A stretch of 42,234 bases of DNA, from contig JBOFUV010000048.1 of NCBI GenBank assembly GCA_051652765.1, positions 1 through 42,234 on the forward strand, given 5' to 3'. This stretch comes from Microcoleaceae cyanobacterium. Lineage in GTDB: Bacteria > Cyanobacteriota > Cyanobacteriia > Cyanobacteriales > Microcoleaceae. This document shows positions 1 through 8,603 of this stretch, piece after piece. The translations under genes and the position numbers were made by a program. Under the pieces are notes generated by a model. The model made no database searches, had not been told where the DNA came from, and saw nothing but the letters and a program-made list of their open reading frames with translations. Positions within the stretch are counted from its first letter, which is position 1; the number at the start of each line of letters is the position of its first letter.

Positions 1-296
1 AGAGAGAGAGATTGAGAGTTTTTATATTTTCTATACCTCTTTTTTTCTAAAGACCTCATTTTTTACCCCTAAAACCTAAAAATCCCTAAGTATTAATACT
101 CAAAAACCCTTGTTTTTAGCTCTGGGGCAGTTGGGGCAAGCTTTGGGGCACTTTTGGGGCAGATTGGGGCACTTTTGGGGCAGGTTTGGGGCAGTATTGG
201 GGCAGGTTTGGGGCAGGTGAAATGTATACAGAGAGAGAGTTTGAGAGTTTTTATATTTTCTATACCCCTTTTTTTCTAAAGACCTCCATTTTTACC
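1..296. repeat. 67-bp direct repeat (1-67 and 230-296) bracketing a G-rich tandem array
   Basis: The two copies match at 63 of 67 positions, period 229 bp; the first copy may be cut by the window edge. Confidence 0.9.
123..215. repeat. Nine tandem TGGGGCA units (iteron/arm-site-like, G4-capable)
   Basis: TGGGGCA counted nine times at 9-11 bp spacing. Confidence 0.9.
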
Positions 297-325
297 TGTT
301 TTACTTTGACTCATTGGTCAAGCTT

Positions 326-357
326 ATTTTGGTGGGAAAAATTTTTCCCACCAAAAT
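326..357. repeat. Perfect 32-bp palindrome
   Basis: ATTTTGGTGGGAAAAA|TTTTTCCCACCAAAAT, followed by further CCCACCAAA-like units. Confidence 0.95.
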
Positions 358-528
358 CCCACCAAATTCTCACCAAGTCCCGTTGATTAATTCGTTCAAG
401 CTGTTGCAAATTCAGGGCTTTACCCGTTGCATTCTCTGGTTAAATCAGATAGGGTATCTAACAGTTCTAAGGCAGGACTAACTCTCTAGTTAACGTCAAG
501 GCACATTCAGAAAAATTTTGTTCGCCCT

Positions 529-879
529 ATGTCAGAATTTTTGGACTTTCTCAAACGTAAATATGCTTACGTTGCAGTTGGAGAATTTAAACCGGGCAGA
601 TTTAATGAAGCGGAACGTCTATTTGAGCAAGCGATCTCAACTTATACGACAGGATTTAAAGGTTCCTATTTATTGCAAGAGCCAGGAACCGACCGAGGCA
701 TCGCCATTATTTTCTGGGAAAATATTGATGATATGGATGAAAACAATACGGCAACTTACGATGCCATCCTGCAAGAAATGATGCCTCTCTTTGTAAAAGC
801 CCCAACCACTGCATTCTATGAAGTCCAGAGTGAAGTTCACCCTAGTGAACTTCAAGATCAGACGGAAGGAACAGTTTAA
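529..879 (+). CDS. Antibiotic biosynthesis monooxygenase (ABM)-like dimeric alpha/beta barrel protein
   Basis: 116 aa; FKPG...GFKGSYLL...IAIIFWE...FYEV pattern typical of the ABM family. Confidence 0.7.
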   Translation: MSEFLDFLKRKYAYVAVGEFKPGRFNEAERLFEQAISTYTTGFKGSYLLQEPGTDRGIAIIFWENIDDMDENNTATYDAILQEMMPLFVKAPTTAFYEVQSEVHPSELQDQTEGTV

Positions 880-1077
880 TCAGATCTTATGTTAACCCAG
901 TTGTTCCTAGGCACGAGGCTCCGCATTCAGAGCAACCTATCGATTAATCTTATTGATTAGTTTCCTAAATTAATTTTCTAATAATTTCCTGAATTGATTT
1001 TTGCGGAATTCTAGCTTGATGCCTTGAGATTGATCACTGGTTACAAAAGACTGATTGCAGATAGAGGCTCGTCATCC

Positions 1078-2454
1078 ATGTCAACTGTTTCGTTCCGGTA
1101 TACCCTCCGCAAACTTGCGAAGTTCAGACATGTTCTGGGTTGGCCAAGTCGTCGTTCTCCCCATCGAATTAGCCAGTGGTTCAAATGGCTCGCTCCGGGT
1201 TTGTTGGTCAAGCGATGGTTACTTTTGAGCGCTGCTGGGGTCGTTTTGACCAGTCTGGGTATTGCCATTTGGACGGGGATGACACCTATTTTTTATGCCT
1301 TGCAACTGTCCCGTGAACTGCTAGGGTTGATTACCCGAGTCATTCCAAATTCAGTTTCGGGCCCTATCGTCTTGCTTGCTGGGCTATTGTTGATTTTTTG
1401 GGGGCAAACCCGTAGTTTGAACTCGATTACCCAAGTGTTAATGCCGGAGGGAGATGACGAATTGGTGGATCGGCTCCTAACCCATCGTCGGCTGCATCGG
1501 GGGCCAAAAGTAGTAACGGTTGGAGGGGGAACGGGCCTGTCAACTTTGCTGCGAGGCTTGAAGCAATACAGTGCTAATATCACCGCCATTGTTACGGTTG
1601 CTGATGATGGGGGGTCTTCGGGGCGTTTGCGGCGAGAGATTGGGGTGCTGCCACCGGGGGACATTCGCAATTGTTTGGCTGCTTTGGCCGATGAGGAAAA
1701 GTTGCTGACGGAATTATTCCAGTATCGGTTTCGGGCGGGAGATGGACTAACGGGCCACAGTTTTGGGAATTTGTTTCTCACAGCGATGAGCGAGGTGTCA
1801 GGAGACCTGGAACGGGCGATCGCCGCAAGTTCAAAGGTCTTGGCGATTCGGGGTCAGGTGATTCCGGCTACCCTGAGTGACGTTCATCTCTGGGCAAAAA
1901 TGGCTGATGGTCGTCGGATTCAAGGGGAGTCCAGTATCACGGAGGCAAACGGAAAAATTGTCAAGATTGGCTGTATTCCTGCCAATCCTCCGGCTTTACC
2001 GAAGGCATTGCAGGCGATTGAAGAAGCCGATTTAATTATTATTGGCCCAGGAAGTTTGTATACCAGCGTTATCCCCAACTTATTGGTTCCAGAAATTGCC
2101 AAGGCGATCGCAGCCGCCGATGTCCCACGAATCTACGTTTGTAATGTGATGACCCAACCGGGAGAAACAGATAACTACACCGTGGCAGATCATATTCGCG
2201 CCATTGATGAAGCTTGTGGCTATCAGTTGTTTGATGCGGTCTTAGTGCAAGGTAAAGTCCCCATTGCTCAAGCCTTGATTCGGTATGCCCAAGAGGACTC
2301 TCATCCTGTCCTCCTGGATCGAGGTGCGGTGAAACAATTGGGACGGCGCATTGTATTGACTAATGTAATTGAAGTTGATCAGACAACGGGTTATGTTCGT
2401 CACGATTCCCGCCGCCTTGCCCAAGTTTTATTGCGGTGGTATAGCAAAGCTTGA
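1078..2454 (+). CDS. yvcK: YvcK/GlmR (CofD-like) gluconeogenesis factor with cyanobacterial N-terminal TM segment
   Basis: [44 protein letters not shown] motifs; ATG at 1078 preferred over TTG at 1024. Confidence 0.9.
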   Translation: MSTVSFRYTLRKLAKFRHVLGWPSRRSPHRISQWFKWLAPGLLVKRWLLLSAAGVVLTSLGIAIWTGMTPIFYALQLSRELLGLITRVIPNSVSGPIVLLAGLLLIFWGQTRSLNSITQVLMPEGDDELVDRLLTHRRLHRGPKVVTVGGGTGLSTLLRGLKQYSANITAIVTVADDGGSSGRLRREIGVLPPGDIRNCLAALADEEKLLTELFQYRFRAGDGLTGHSFGNLFLTAMSEVSGDLERAIAASSKVLAIRGQVIPATLSDVHLWAKMADGRRIQGESSITEANGKIVKIGCIPANPPALPKALQAIEEADLIIIGPGSLYTSVIPNLLVPEIAKAIAAADVPRIYVCNVMTQPGETDNYTVADHIRAIDEACGYQLFDAVLVQGKVPIAQALIRYAQEDSHPVLLDRGAVKQLGRRIVLTNVIEVDQTTGYVRHDSRRLAQVLLRWYSKA

Positions 2455-2657
2455 TCGAGAATAGGAATACGGCGGCAATTTTTGCATTGATACTAGGCCA
2501 AAAAATCCTGAATAACCTGGGAGAATCTCAGGAAACAGGGCAGTATAGAATATCTGAAATAAAAGATATTGAAACTGAGAATAACCCAGATACAAGTAGC
2601 GATTAGGGTTAAGTTAGTGCTGGTCAGCGCAGATAACGTTGTTTGTAACAGATACCT

Positions 2658-3098
2658 ATGACGAATCTTGCCATGGAGATGACAGTCAAAATTATCATCA
2701 GCTATGCCTTTAGTATTTGTCAGTTATTAGCATTATTTGTGATCTTCACCGGAGCTGTTAAAGCGCTGTGGATCTATGTCCGACATTCACTATTTAGCTT
2801 GCACTCAGGCACAGCGTTTCAACGGAGCCGTTTGGAATTGGGGTATTCCTTGTCCCTGGGGTTGAGCTTTCTGGTCGGTGGGAGTATTTTGAGAACTACG
2901 ATTGCGCCTAGTTGGAATGACCTGGCTCAATTAGCCGCAACCATTACAATTCGCACGCTGTTGAACTATTTTTTGCTGCAAGCGATTGATAACTCCTCAC
3001 GGATTGTTTCAACGACTTTGATTCAGCAGGATCGAACGGAGACTCTGCCTCCAACCGTTGCAACCCAGGTTCAAGATGGTCAGACAATAGCAACCTAA
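2658..3098 (+). CDS. DUF1622 family membrane protein
   Basis: RLELGYSLSLGLSFLVGGSILRT..APSW..LAQLA...IRTLLNYFL signature. Confidence 0.8.
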   Translation: MTNLAMEMTVKIIISYAFSICQLLALFVIFTGAVKALWIYVRHSLFSLHSGTAFQRSRLELGYSLSLGLSFLVGGSILRTTIAPSWNDLAQLAATITIRTLLNYFLLQAIDNSSRIVSTTLIQQDRTETLPPTVATQVQDGQTIAT

Positions 3099-3115
3099 AC
3101 TCCAGTCCGTTTAAG

Positions 3116-3136
3116 TTTAGGTCAAAAATACTATAA
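3116..3136. promoter_or_regulatory. NrtR operator, distal
   Basis: TTTAG-GT-CAAAAAT-AC-TATAA fits the 21-bp GT-N7-AC NrtR palindrome; lies upstream of pncB-nadD-nrtR. Confidence 0.7.
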
Positions 3137-3254
3137 GTTAGTCTAGTCTCAAAAATCCAAATGTGTTAACGGCATTCCTGAATTATAAAGTTGGCGCTGT
3201 GAAGGTGCTGAGATTGAATTGAATCATATCCCTTGTTGAAATCTGGTTAAATCC

Positions 3255-3283
3255 GTGACATATTTAGTGAATATCACTATAAT
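3255..3283 (+). promoter_or_regulatory. Sigma70-type promoter of pncB overlapped by the proximal NrtR operator (3262-3282)
   Basis: GTGACA-17 bp-TATAAT; ATTTA-GT-GAATATC-AC-TATAA palindrome. Confidence 0.8.
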
Positions 3284-3312
3284 TGACATAGTCTCGTTAA
3301 GGATCAATCCGG

Positions 3313-4746
3313 ATGAACCCTCTTCCTGAACCCCTCTTAAAACCAGACCTGAAGACCGCAGTTGAAGACCAAGAATTGTGTCTGGCACCAGAGGATTACA
3401 GTTTGTTAACCGACCTCTATCAGCTAACAATGGCCGTTTGTTATACAGGGGAGAATCTGGATCAAGCTTGGGCAAGTTTTGAACTGTTCACTCGCAGACT
3501 GCCCAATGGCTTTGGCTACTTGATCGCCATGGGTCTTGCCCAAGCTTTGGACTACCTGGAGAAATTCTGTTTCAGTTCAGCTCAAATCCAAGCCCTGCAA
3601 TCAACAGGCATTTTTTGTAACGCGCCCGAACGATTTTGGCAATTGTTGACAGAAACTCGGTTTATGGGAGATGTCTGGGCAGTTCCAGAAGGGACAGCCG
3701 TGTTTGCCAATGAACCGTTGTTACGAATCGAAGCCCCTCTCTGGCAGGCCCAACTCGTTGAAACCTACCTGCTCAACACTCTAAATTATCAAACCTTGAT
3801 TGCAACTCGTGCCGCTCGATTGCGAGATGTGGCTGGAGCCCAAGCAACGTTGCTAGAGTTCGGCACACGACGAGCCTTCAGTCCCCAAGCCTCGATTTGG
3901 GCCGCCCGCGCTGCTTTGGCGGGAGGATTAGATGGCACCTCAAATGTTCTAGCAGCCTTGAAATTGGGGCGGAATCCTGTGGGCACGATGGCCCATTCAT
4001 TGGTGATGGCGGTCTCAGCTCTGGAAGGCAGTGAAGATGAAGCCTTTGCCGCGTTTCATCGCTACTTTCCGGGTGCACCGCTGTTGATTGACACCTATGA
4101 TACAGTTGCAGCAACCCGTCGTCTGGCAGAACAGATGGGCCTCAAGGATATTGAACTGACTGGAGTCCGTTTGGATTCTGGAGATTTGGTGCAGTTGTCC
4201 AAAACCGTGCGATCGCTCCTCCCCGATATTCCTATCTTTGCCAGTGGAGATATTGATGAATGGGAAATTGCCCGACTCAAGGCTGCCGGTGCTGAAATTG
4301 ACGGCTACGGCTTGGGTACAAAACTGGTGAGCGGTTCTCCAGTCAATGGTGTATACAAACTGGTGGAAATTGCCGGTCGCCCGGTGATGAAGGAGGCGAG
4401 TGGCAAAGTGACTTACCCTGGACGCAAGCAAATTGTTCGGACGTTTAAACAAGGTCAAGTTCAATCGGATGACTTGGTGCTAATGAATCAGACATCATCT
4501 GTCAACCTCAGTCAAAGTAACGGTCAATCCGTTGAATCCATTGAACTGCTGCAACAAGTTATGCAACAGGGTCGGCGCTTACAACCGATTGAAACTCTCC
4601 ACACCATTGCCCAACGAGCGGCGGGTTCCGTGGGCAGTTTGCCATCAGACTTGCGACGGCTGGATCATCCAACCGGATTGGAGATAAACATTTCACCGGA
4701 ATTACAGAGATTAACATCCCAGACTCGTCACCGATTAGGATTGTAG
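3313..4746 (+). CDS. pncB: Nicotinate phosphoribosyltransferase
   Basis: LLTDLYQLTM, EFGTRRA, GTMAHS, LIDTYD, GVRLDSGD, GVYKLVE motifs. Confidence 0.95.
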   Translation: MNPLPEPLLKPDLKTAVEDQELCLAPEDYSLLTDLYQLTMAVCYTGENLDQAWASFELFTRRLPNGFGYLIAMGLAQALDYLEKFCFSSAQIQALQSTGIFCNAPERFWQLLTETRFMGDVWAVPEGTAVFANEPLLRIEAPLWQAQLVETYLLNTLNYQTLIATRAARLRDVAGAQATLLEFGTRRAFSPQASIWAARAALAGGLDGTSNVLAALKLGRNPVGTMAHSLVMAVSALEGSEDEAFAAFHRYFPGAPLLIDTYDTVAATRRLAEQMGLKDIELTGVRLDSGDLVQLSKTVRSLLPDIPIFASGDIDEWEIARLKAAGAEIDGYGLGTKLVSGSPVNGVYKLVEIAGRPVMKEASGKVTYPGRKQIVRTFKQGQVQSDDLVLMNQTSSVNLSQSNGQSVESIELLQQVMQQGRRLQPIETLHTIAQRAAGSVGSLPSDLRRLDHPTGLEINISPELQRLTSQTRHRLGL

Positions 4747-4837
4747 CTCAAAGACTGTCGATCAAAGATCTGTCCCGGCTGTCTGAGTGAGCCAGGATGC
4801 CTAAACCACACTGCAAACTGCCAGAACTGAATTTTTT

Positions 4838-5512
4838 ATGATGCAAATTGCTCTGTTTGGAACTAGTGCTGATCCACCAACATCAGGTCACCAAGCTATT
4901 TTGAGATGGCTTTCTCAAAAGTTTGATCGGGTGATTGTTTGGGCATCTGATAATCCCTTTAAATCGCATCAAACTGATTTGCAGCACCGCACAGAAATGT
5001 TAAGGGTTTTAATTGAAGAAATTCAAATCCCAAATGACAATTTAAATAGCCATGTCAACGGTAATTTAAACAGTAATTTAAACGGCAATTTAAATGGTAA
5101 TTTAAATCTGAATTCAAACTATAATTTAAGCCCCAATATTTCTCTCCATCCCGAACTTGGGCATCGCTACACGATAGAAACGGTGAGAAGAGCTAGAAAC
5201 TATTGGCCTGATGCAGAGTTTACCTTTGTGATTGGTTCAGACTTAATCCGACAGATCACTCAATGGTATAAAATAGAGGAGCTTTTAAGAGATGTTAATT
5301 TATTGATCGTTCCTCGACCCAATTACGAAGTGAATCTTGAGGATTTGAGTCAGCTACAGGAGCTAGGAGGAGGTGTTGCAATTGCCTCCATGATGGGTCT
5401 ACCAGTTTCTTCAACAGACTATCGCAAGGCCGGTAAAGTAGATGCTTTAACTGCTCCAGTACAGGCTTATATTTGGCGAGAAGGTTTGTACAAATCTACA
5501 GTTAAGGAGTAG
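4838..5512 (+). CDS. nadD: Nicotinate-nucleotide adenylyltransferase with Asn-rich insertion
   Basis: ALFGTSADPPTSGH, NPFK, VIGSD, VSSTDYR motifs; operon context. Confidence 0.9.
   Translation: MMQIALFGTSADPPTSGHQAILRWLSQKFDRVIVWASDNPFKSHQTDLQHRTEMLRVLIEEIQIPNDNLNSHVNGNLNSNLNGNLNGNLNLNSNYNLSPNISLHPELGHRYTIETVRRARNYWPDAEFTFVIGSDLIRQITQWYKIEELLRDVNLLIVPRPNYEVNLEDLSQLQELGGGVAIASMMGLPVSSTDYRKAGKVDALTAPVQAYIWREGLYKSTVKE
5039..5134 (+). repeat. In-frame 12-bp tandem repeat (AATTTAAAYNNN x8) within nadD
   Basis: Units encode NLNS HVNG NLNS NLNG NLNG NLNL NSNY NLSP. Confidence 0.9.
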
Positions 5513-5553
5513 GGTGCATTTAGTTTAAGAGGATGACCATCGTGGAGGAATAG

Positions 5554-6288
5554 ATGGCAGGACGTAATCAGAAAAAGGTAGCAAATCACTTTTTACAAGA
5601 TTTTAAAGTTGGGGTTGATAATGTCATTTTCTCAGTAGATTCTAGCCAGAATCGGTTGCTAGTTCTATTAATCATGCGGCAGGAAGAGCCATTTCTAAAC
5701 TTCTGGAGTTTGCCTGGAACTCTTGTTCGACAGGGAGAATCCTTAGAAGAAGCTGCCTATCGAATTCTTGCAGAAAAAATTCGGGCAAACAACTTATATC
5801 TAGAACAACTTTACACGTTTGGGGGGCCGGGACGTGACCCAAGAGAGGCTCCCAATAGTTATAATATTCGCTATCTTTCCGTGAGCTATTTTGCCCTAGT
5901 TCGATTTGAAGAAGCTGAACTCATTGCTGATGGAGTTACTGGAATCGCCTGGTATCCAATTGAACAAGTTCCCCAGCTTGCCTTTGATCACAATCAAATT
6001 TTGGACTATGGGTATCAACGGTTGCGCGGGAAGTTGGAGTACAGTCCAGTGGCGTTTGATGTCTTGCCAAAATTATTTACCCTAGGAGAGTTGTATCAGC
6101 TCTATACAACGATTCTGGGGGAAGGGTTTTCCGACTATTCTAACTTTCGGGCCCGTCTCCTGAAACTTGGATTCCTCTACGACACGGGCGTTAAAGCGTC
6201 TCGAGGCGCTGGAAGACCTGCCAGCTTATATCGGTTTGATCCAGAAGCCTTTGCACCTTTGAAAGATAAGCCTTTAGTATTTGTTTAA
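5554..6288 (+). CDS. nrtR: Nudix-related transcriptional regulator NrtR
   Basis: [13 protein letters not shown] Nudix box, [18 protein letters not shown]-terminal wHTH (FTL.ELY, NFR, GRPA.LY). Confidence 0.92.
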   Translation: MAGRNQKKVANHFLQDFKVGVDNVIFSVDSSQNRLLVLLIMRQEEPFLNFWSLPGTLVRQGESLEEAAYRILAEKIRANNLYLEQLYTFGGPGRDPREAPNSYNIRYLSVSYFALVRFEEAELIADGVTGIAWYPIEQVPQLAFDHNQILDYGYQRLRGKLEYSPVAFDVLPKLFTLGELYQLYTTILGEGFSDYSNFRARLLKLGFLYDTGVKASRGAGRPASLYRFDPEAFAPLKDKPLVFV

Positions 6289-6316
6289 TTGTTCAATGAT
6301 TGTTCTTAGTGATTGT

Positions 6317-8113
6317 TCAATCATTGACCTCTGGCTGTTCAGGGTCTTGATACAGAGGCACGGTAAAAGTCACCGTTGAGCCTAATCCCTCTCCCAGACT
6401 GTAAAATTTGACCGTTCCGCCCATGGCTTGCACAAGTTTTTGGGAAATCACCAGCCCTAGCCCTGTTCCTCCATACTGGCGAGTGTAGCCGCTATCAACC
6501 TGAGAGAACGCTTTGAACAATCGATCTTGTTTTTCAATCGGCACTCCAATCCCGGTATCTGTTACCCGAAACTCAACTAGGCCCGGGAATTCTTGATTGT
6601 GAACCGTCATTTTTCCTCGAATAATCTCTAGACTAATGCTCACGCCGCCTTCATGGGTAAACTTAATCGCATTGCCTACCAGATTGAGCATGACTTGCAG
6701 CAACCGTTGGTAGTTGGCATAGACAATCAATTTTTCGGGGTCAAACCCCTGTTGTTGAATTGAAAAGTTCAGATCTTTCTGTTGGATTTCGGGTTTGATA
6801 AACTGTTCGACTTTCTTTAGCAATTCACTCACTTTAACCAGAACAAACTCAATATCCATTTTTCCGGCTTCAATCTTGGCGATATCCAGAACATCGTTGA
6901 TCAGGTTGAGTAAGTGGAGAGCAGACTGGTGAGCCTCTTGAATAAATTCCTGTTCTTCCTCTTGATCGTCCACCATGCCATCCAGCACCAACTGGAGAGA
7001 CCCAATAATCCCATTCAGGGGGGTGCGAAGTTCGTGGGAGGTATTGGCCAGAAATTCACTTTTGAGTCGAGAGAGGGCGACGGCTTCGGCTCGAGCTTCT
7101 TCCAATTTTTGATAGAGGGTGGCATGGGCGATCGCCGTGCCCACATGGGTTGCAAGTTCTCGGATGAAGTCAATTTCTGCCAGCGTCCATTGACGATAGC
7201 GATCGCATTGATGGAGCGCAATAATGGCGTTGGGTTGATCCAAGTAGGACGTGGCAACGACTAAAATAGACTGGCACTGGTAGAGCAGGGGTTTGCGGAG
7301 GAGAGACGTTTGTTCTAAGGCAACGGGCTCCAGGCTGGTCAAAGCTTGAGTCCACCCCCATTCCTGGCCAACTGACAGCTCTAATCCCAACATCATCTCA
7401 ACCGATTCCTGGCGATATTCTGCAACCACTTGGGTATATTGAGAGAGTGACGGACAGTTCTCATCTAGGCGATAGGGGCAAATAATGCAGCGACTCACCC
7501 CTAAGACCTGGCCCAAACTATTCACCGTCTGTTGCCAGATTTGTTTGAGATCGAGGGTACGACGAATCTTTTGGGTAATCTGACTCAAAAGGGTCTGATA
7601 GATCTGTGAACTTGGAGGAACACTGCGACAAATCGTTCCAGCAATTTGGACGAGCATCTTTTGTTGCACGTCAAAATTAGAGGGCAAGGAGCGATAGGCA
7701 ATAATCTCCTCTAACTCCAGCTCTGAGCTAGGCTCTGCCTGTTCGAGCAGCCGTCCAAACACTAAGACTTGAGTGGAATGGTCTCCTGACCGGAGAACAG
7801 GGTTAACAATGAGTTCTAGAGGAACATAATGATCTTCAAATCGAAAGGGGTAGTTAAACCGTTCAGGAGTACCACTTTCAACAACCCGTTGAATCCTTTC
7901 TAGATAGGGCTCTAGCAAAACCGGCCCAAATGTCTCACTCGCGTGCCGACCAATAATCTGCTCAGCACACAAAGAGTAGCGATCACTCCGCTGCCAATAA
8001 AACGCTAGATATCGACCAAATCCATCCTGGATAAAAACCAGATCAATGCCTAACTCTTGCCAGATATCAGCAGCCATTAAACCTGCAAACTGAAGATTTG
8101 CATTCGAGTTCAT
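6317..8113 (-). CDS. Sensor histidine kinase (PAS-GAF-HisKA-HATPase)
   Basis: SHELRTPLNGIIG H-box, NLVGNAIKFT, DTGIG, GGTGLGL; GAF (ALHQC..RQW). Confidence 0.92.
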   Translation of the reverse strand: MNSNANLQFAGLMAADIWQELGIDLVFIQDGFGRYLAFYWQRSDRYSLCAEQIIGRHASETFGPVLLEPYLERIQRVVESGTPERFNYPFRFEDHYVPLELIVNPVLRSGDHSTQVLVFGRLLEQAEPSSELELEEIIAYRSLPSNFDVQQKMLVQIAGTICRSVPPSSQIYQTLLSQITQKIRRTLDLKQIWQQTVNSLGQVLGVSRCIICPYRLDENCPSLSQYTQVVAEYRQESVEMMLGLELSVGQEWGWTQALTSLEPVALEQTSLLRKPLLYQCQSILVVATSYLDQPNAIIALHQCDRYRQWTLAEIDFIRELATHVGTAIAHATLYQKLEEARAEAVALSRLKSEFLANTSHELRTPLNGIIGSLQLVLDGMVDDQEEEQEFIQEAHQSALHLLNLINDVLDIAKIEAGKMDIEFVLVKVSELLKKVEQFIKPEIQQKDLNFSIQQQGFDPEKLIVYANYQRLLQVMLNLVGNAIKFTHEGGVSISLEIIRGKMTVHNQEFPGLVEFRVTDTGIGVPIEKQDRLFKAFSQVDSGYTRQYGGTGLGLVISQKLVQAMGGTVKFYSLGEGLGSTVTFTVPLYQDPEQPEVND

Positions 8114-8174
8114 CTGCGTTTGCGACGGAGAACTGACCCCAATTGTAACAGTTGCTTAGGAATAGTTTGAGAAA

Positions 8175-8402
8175 CTAATCGTTCCACTCCCCCCGAGGAG
8201 GAACAGGCGGATTTCGCCGCAGGGTCATTGCCAACTCATGCTCTTGACGATCTCGTCTAAGCCATTGGCGCAAGGCCGCCTCAAACACCTTGCTGGGATC
8301 ATTCGTTAAGTGCTGAACTTGGTCAAGCAGGTCTGAATCAATATGAACAGAAACCTCAACCTTATTGACAGCTTGAGAAGCTAAAGCATCATCATTACCC
8401 AT
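8175..8402 (-). CDS. Small ribbon-helix-helix (CcdA-like) protein
   Basis: 75 aa; VSVHIDSDLLDQV..SKVFEAALRQWL beta-alpha-alpha pattern, PRGEWND C-terminus. Confidence 0.7.
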   Translation of the reverse strand: MGNDDALASQAVNKVEVSVHIDSDLLDQVQHLTNDPSKVFEAALRQWLRRDRQEHELAMTLRRNPPVPPRGEWND

Positions 8403-8603
8403 GGATCTGAATCCTAATCAATAAACCTACATCCTATTGGCTAGGATCTGCTTTACCTAGCCTATACCATCACCCTAGTGAAATGCTATGCCTAACTCTC
8501 TAAATAGGCCAGAAAAGCTTCAAAGGTCTTGCAGCAGCATTTTAACGCTTTCCTTATTGTACGCTCCCAAACCAATGATGTAGATCTACCGACGGAAATT
8601 TTC

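Noticed and set aside
1..296. CRISPR array
   Set aside because: The repeat is 67 bp with a 162-bp repetitive spacer, only two copies are visible, and there are no cas genes.
186..386. 66-aa ORF at the left edge
   Set aside because: TTG start inside the G-rich repeats; the translation just mirrors repeat and palindrome DNA.
8175..8402. Complete CcdAB toxin-antitoxin module
   Set aside because: There is no adjacent toxin gene.
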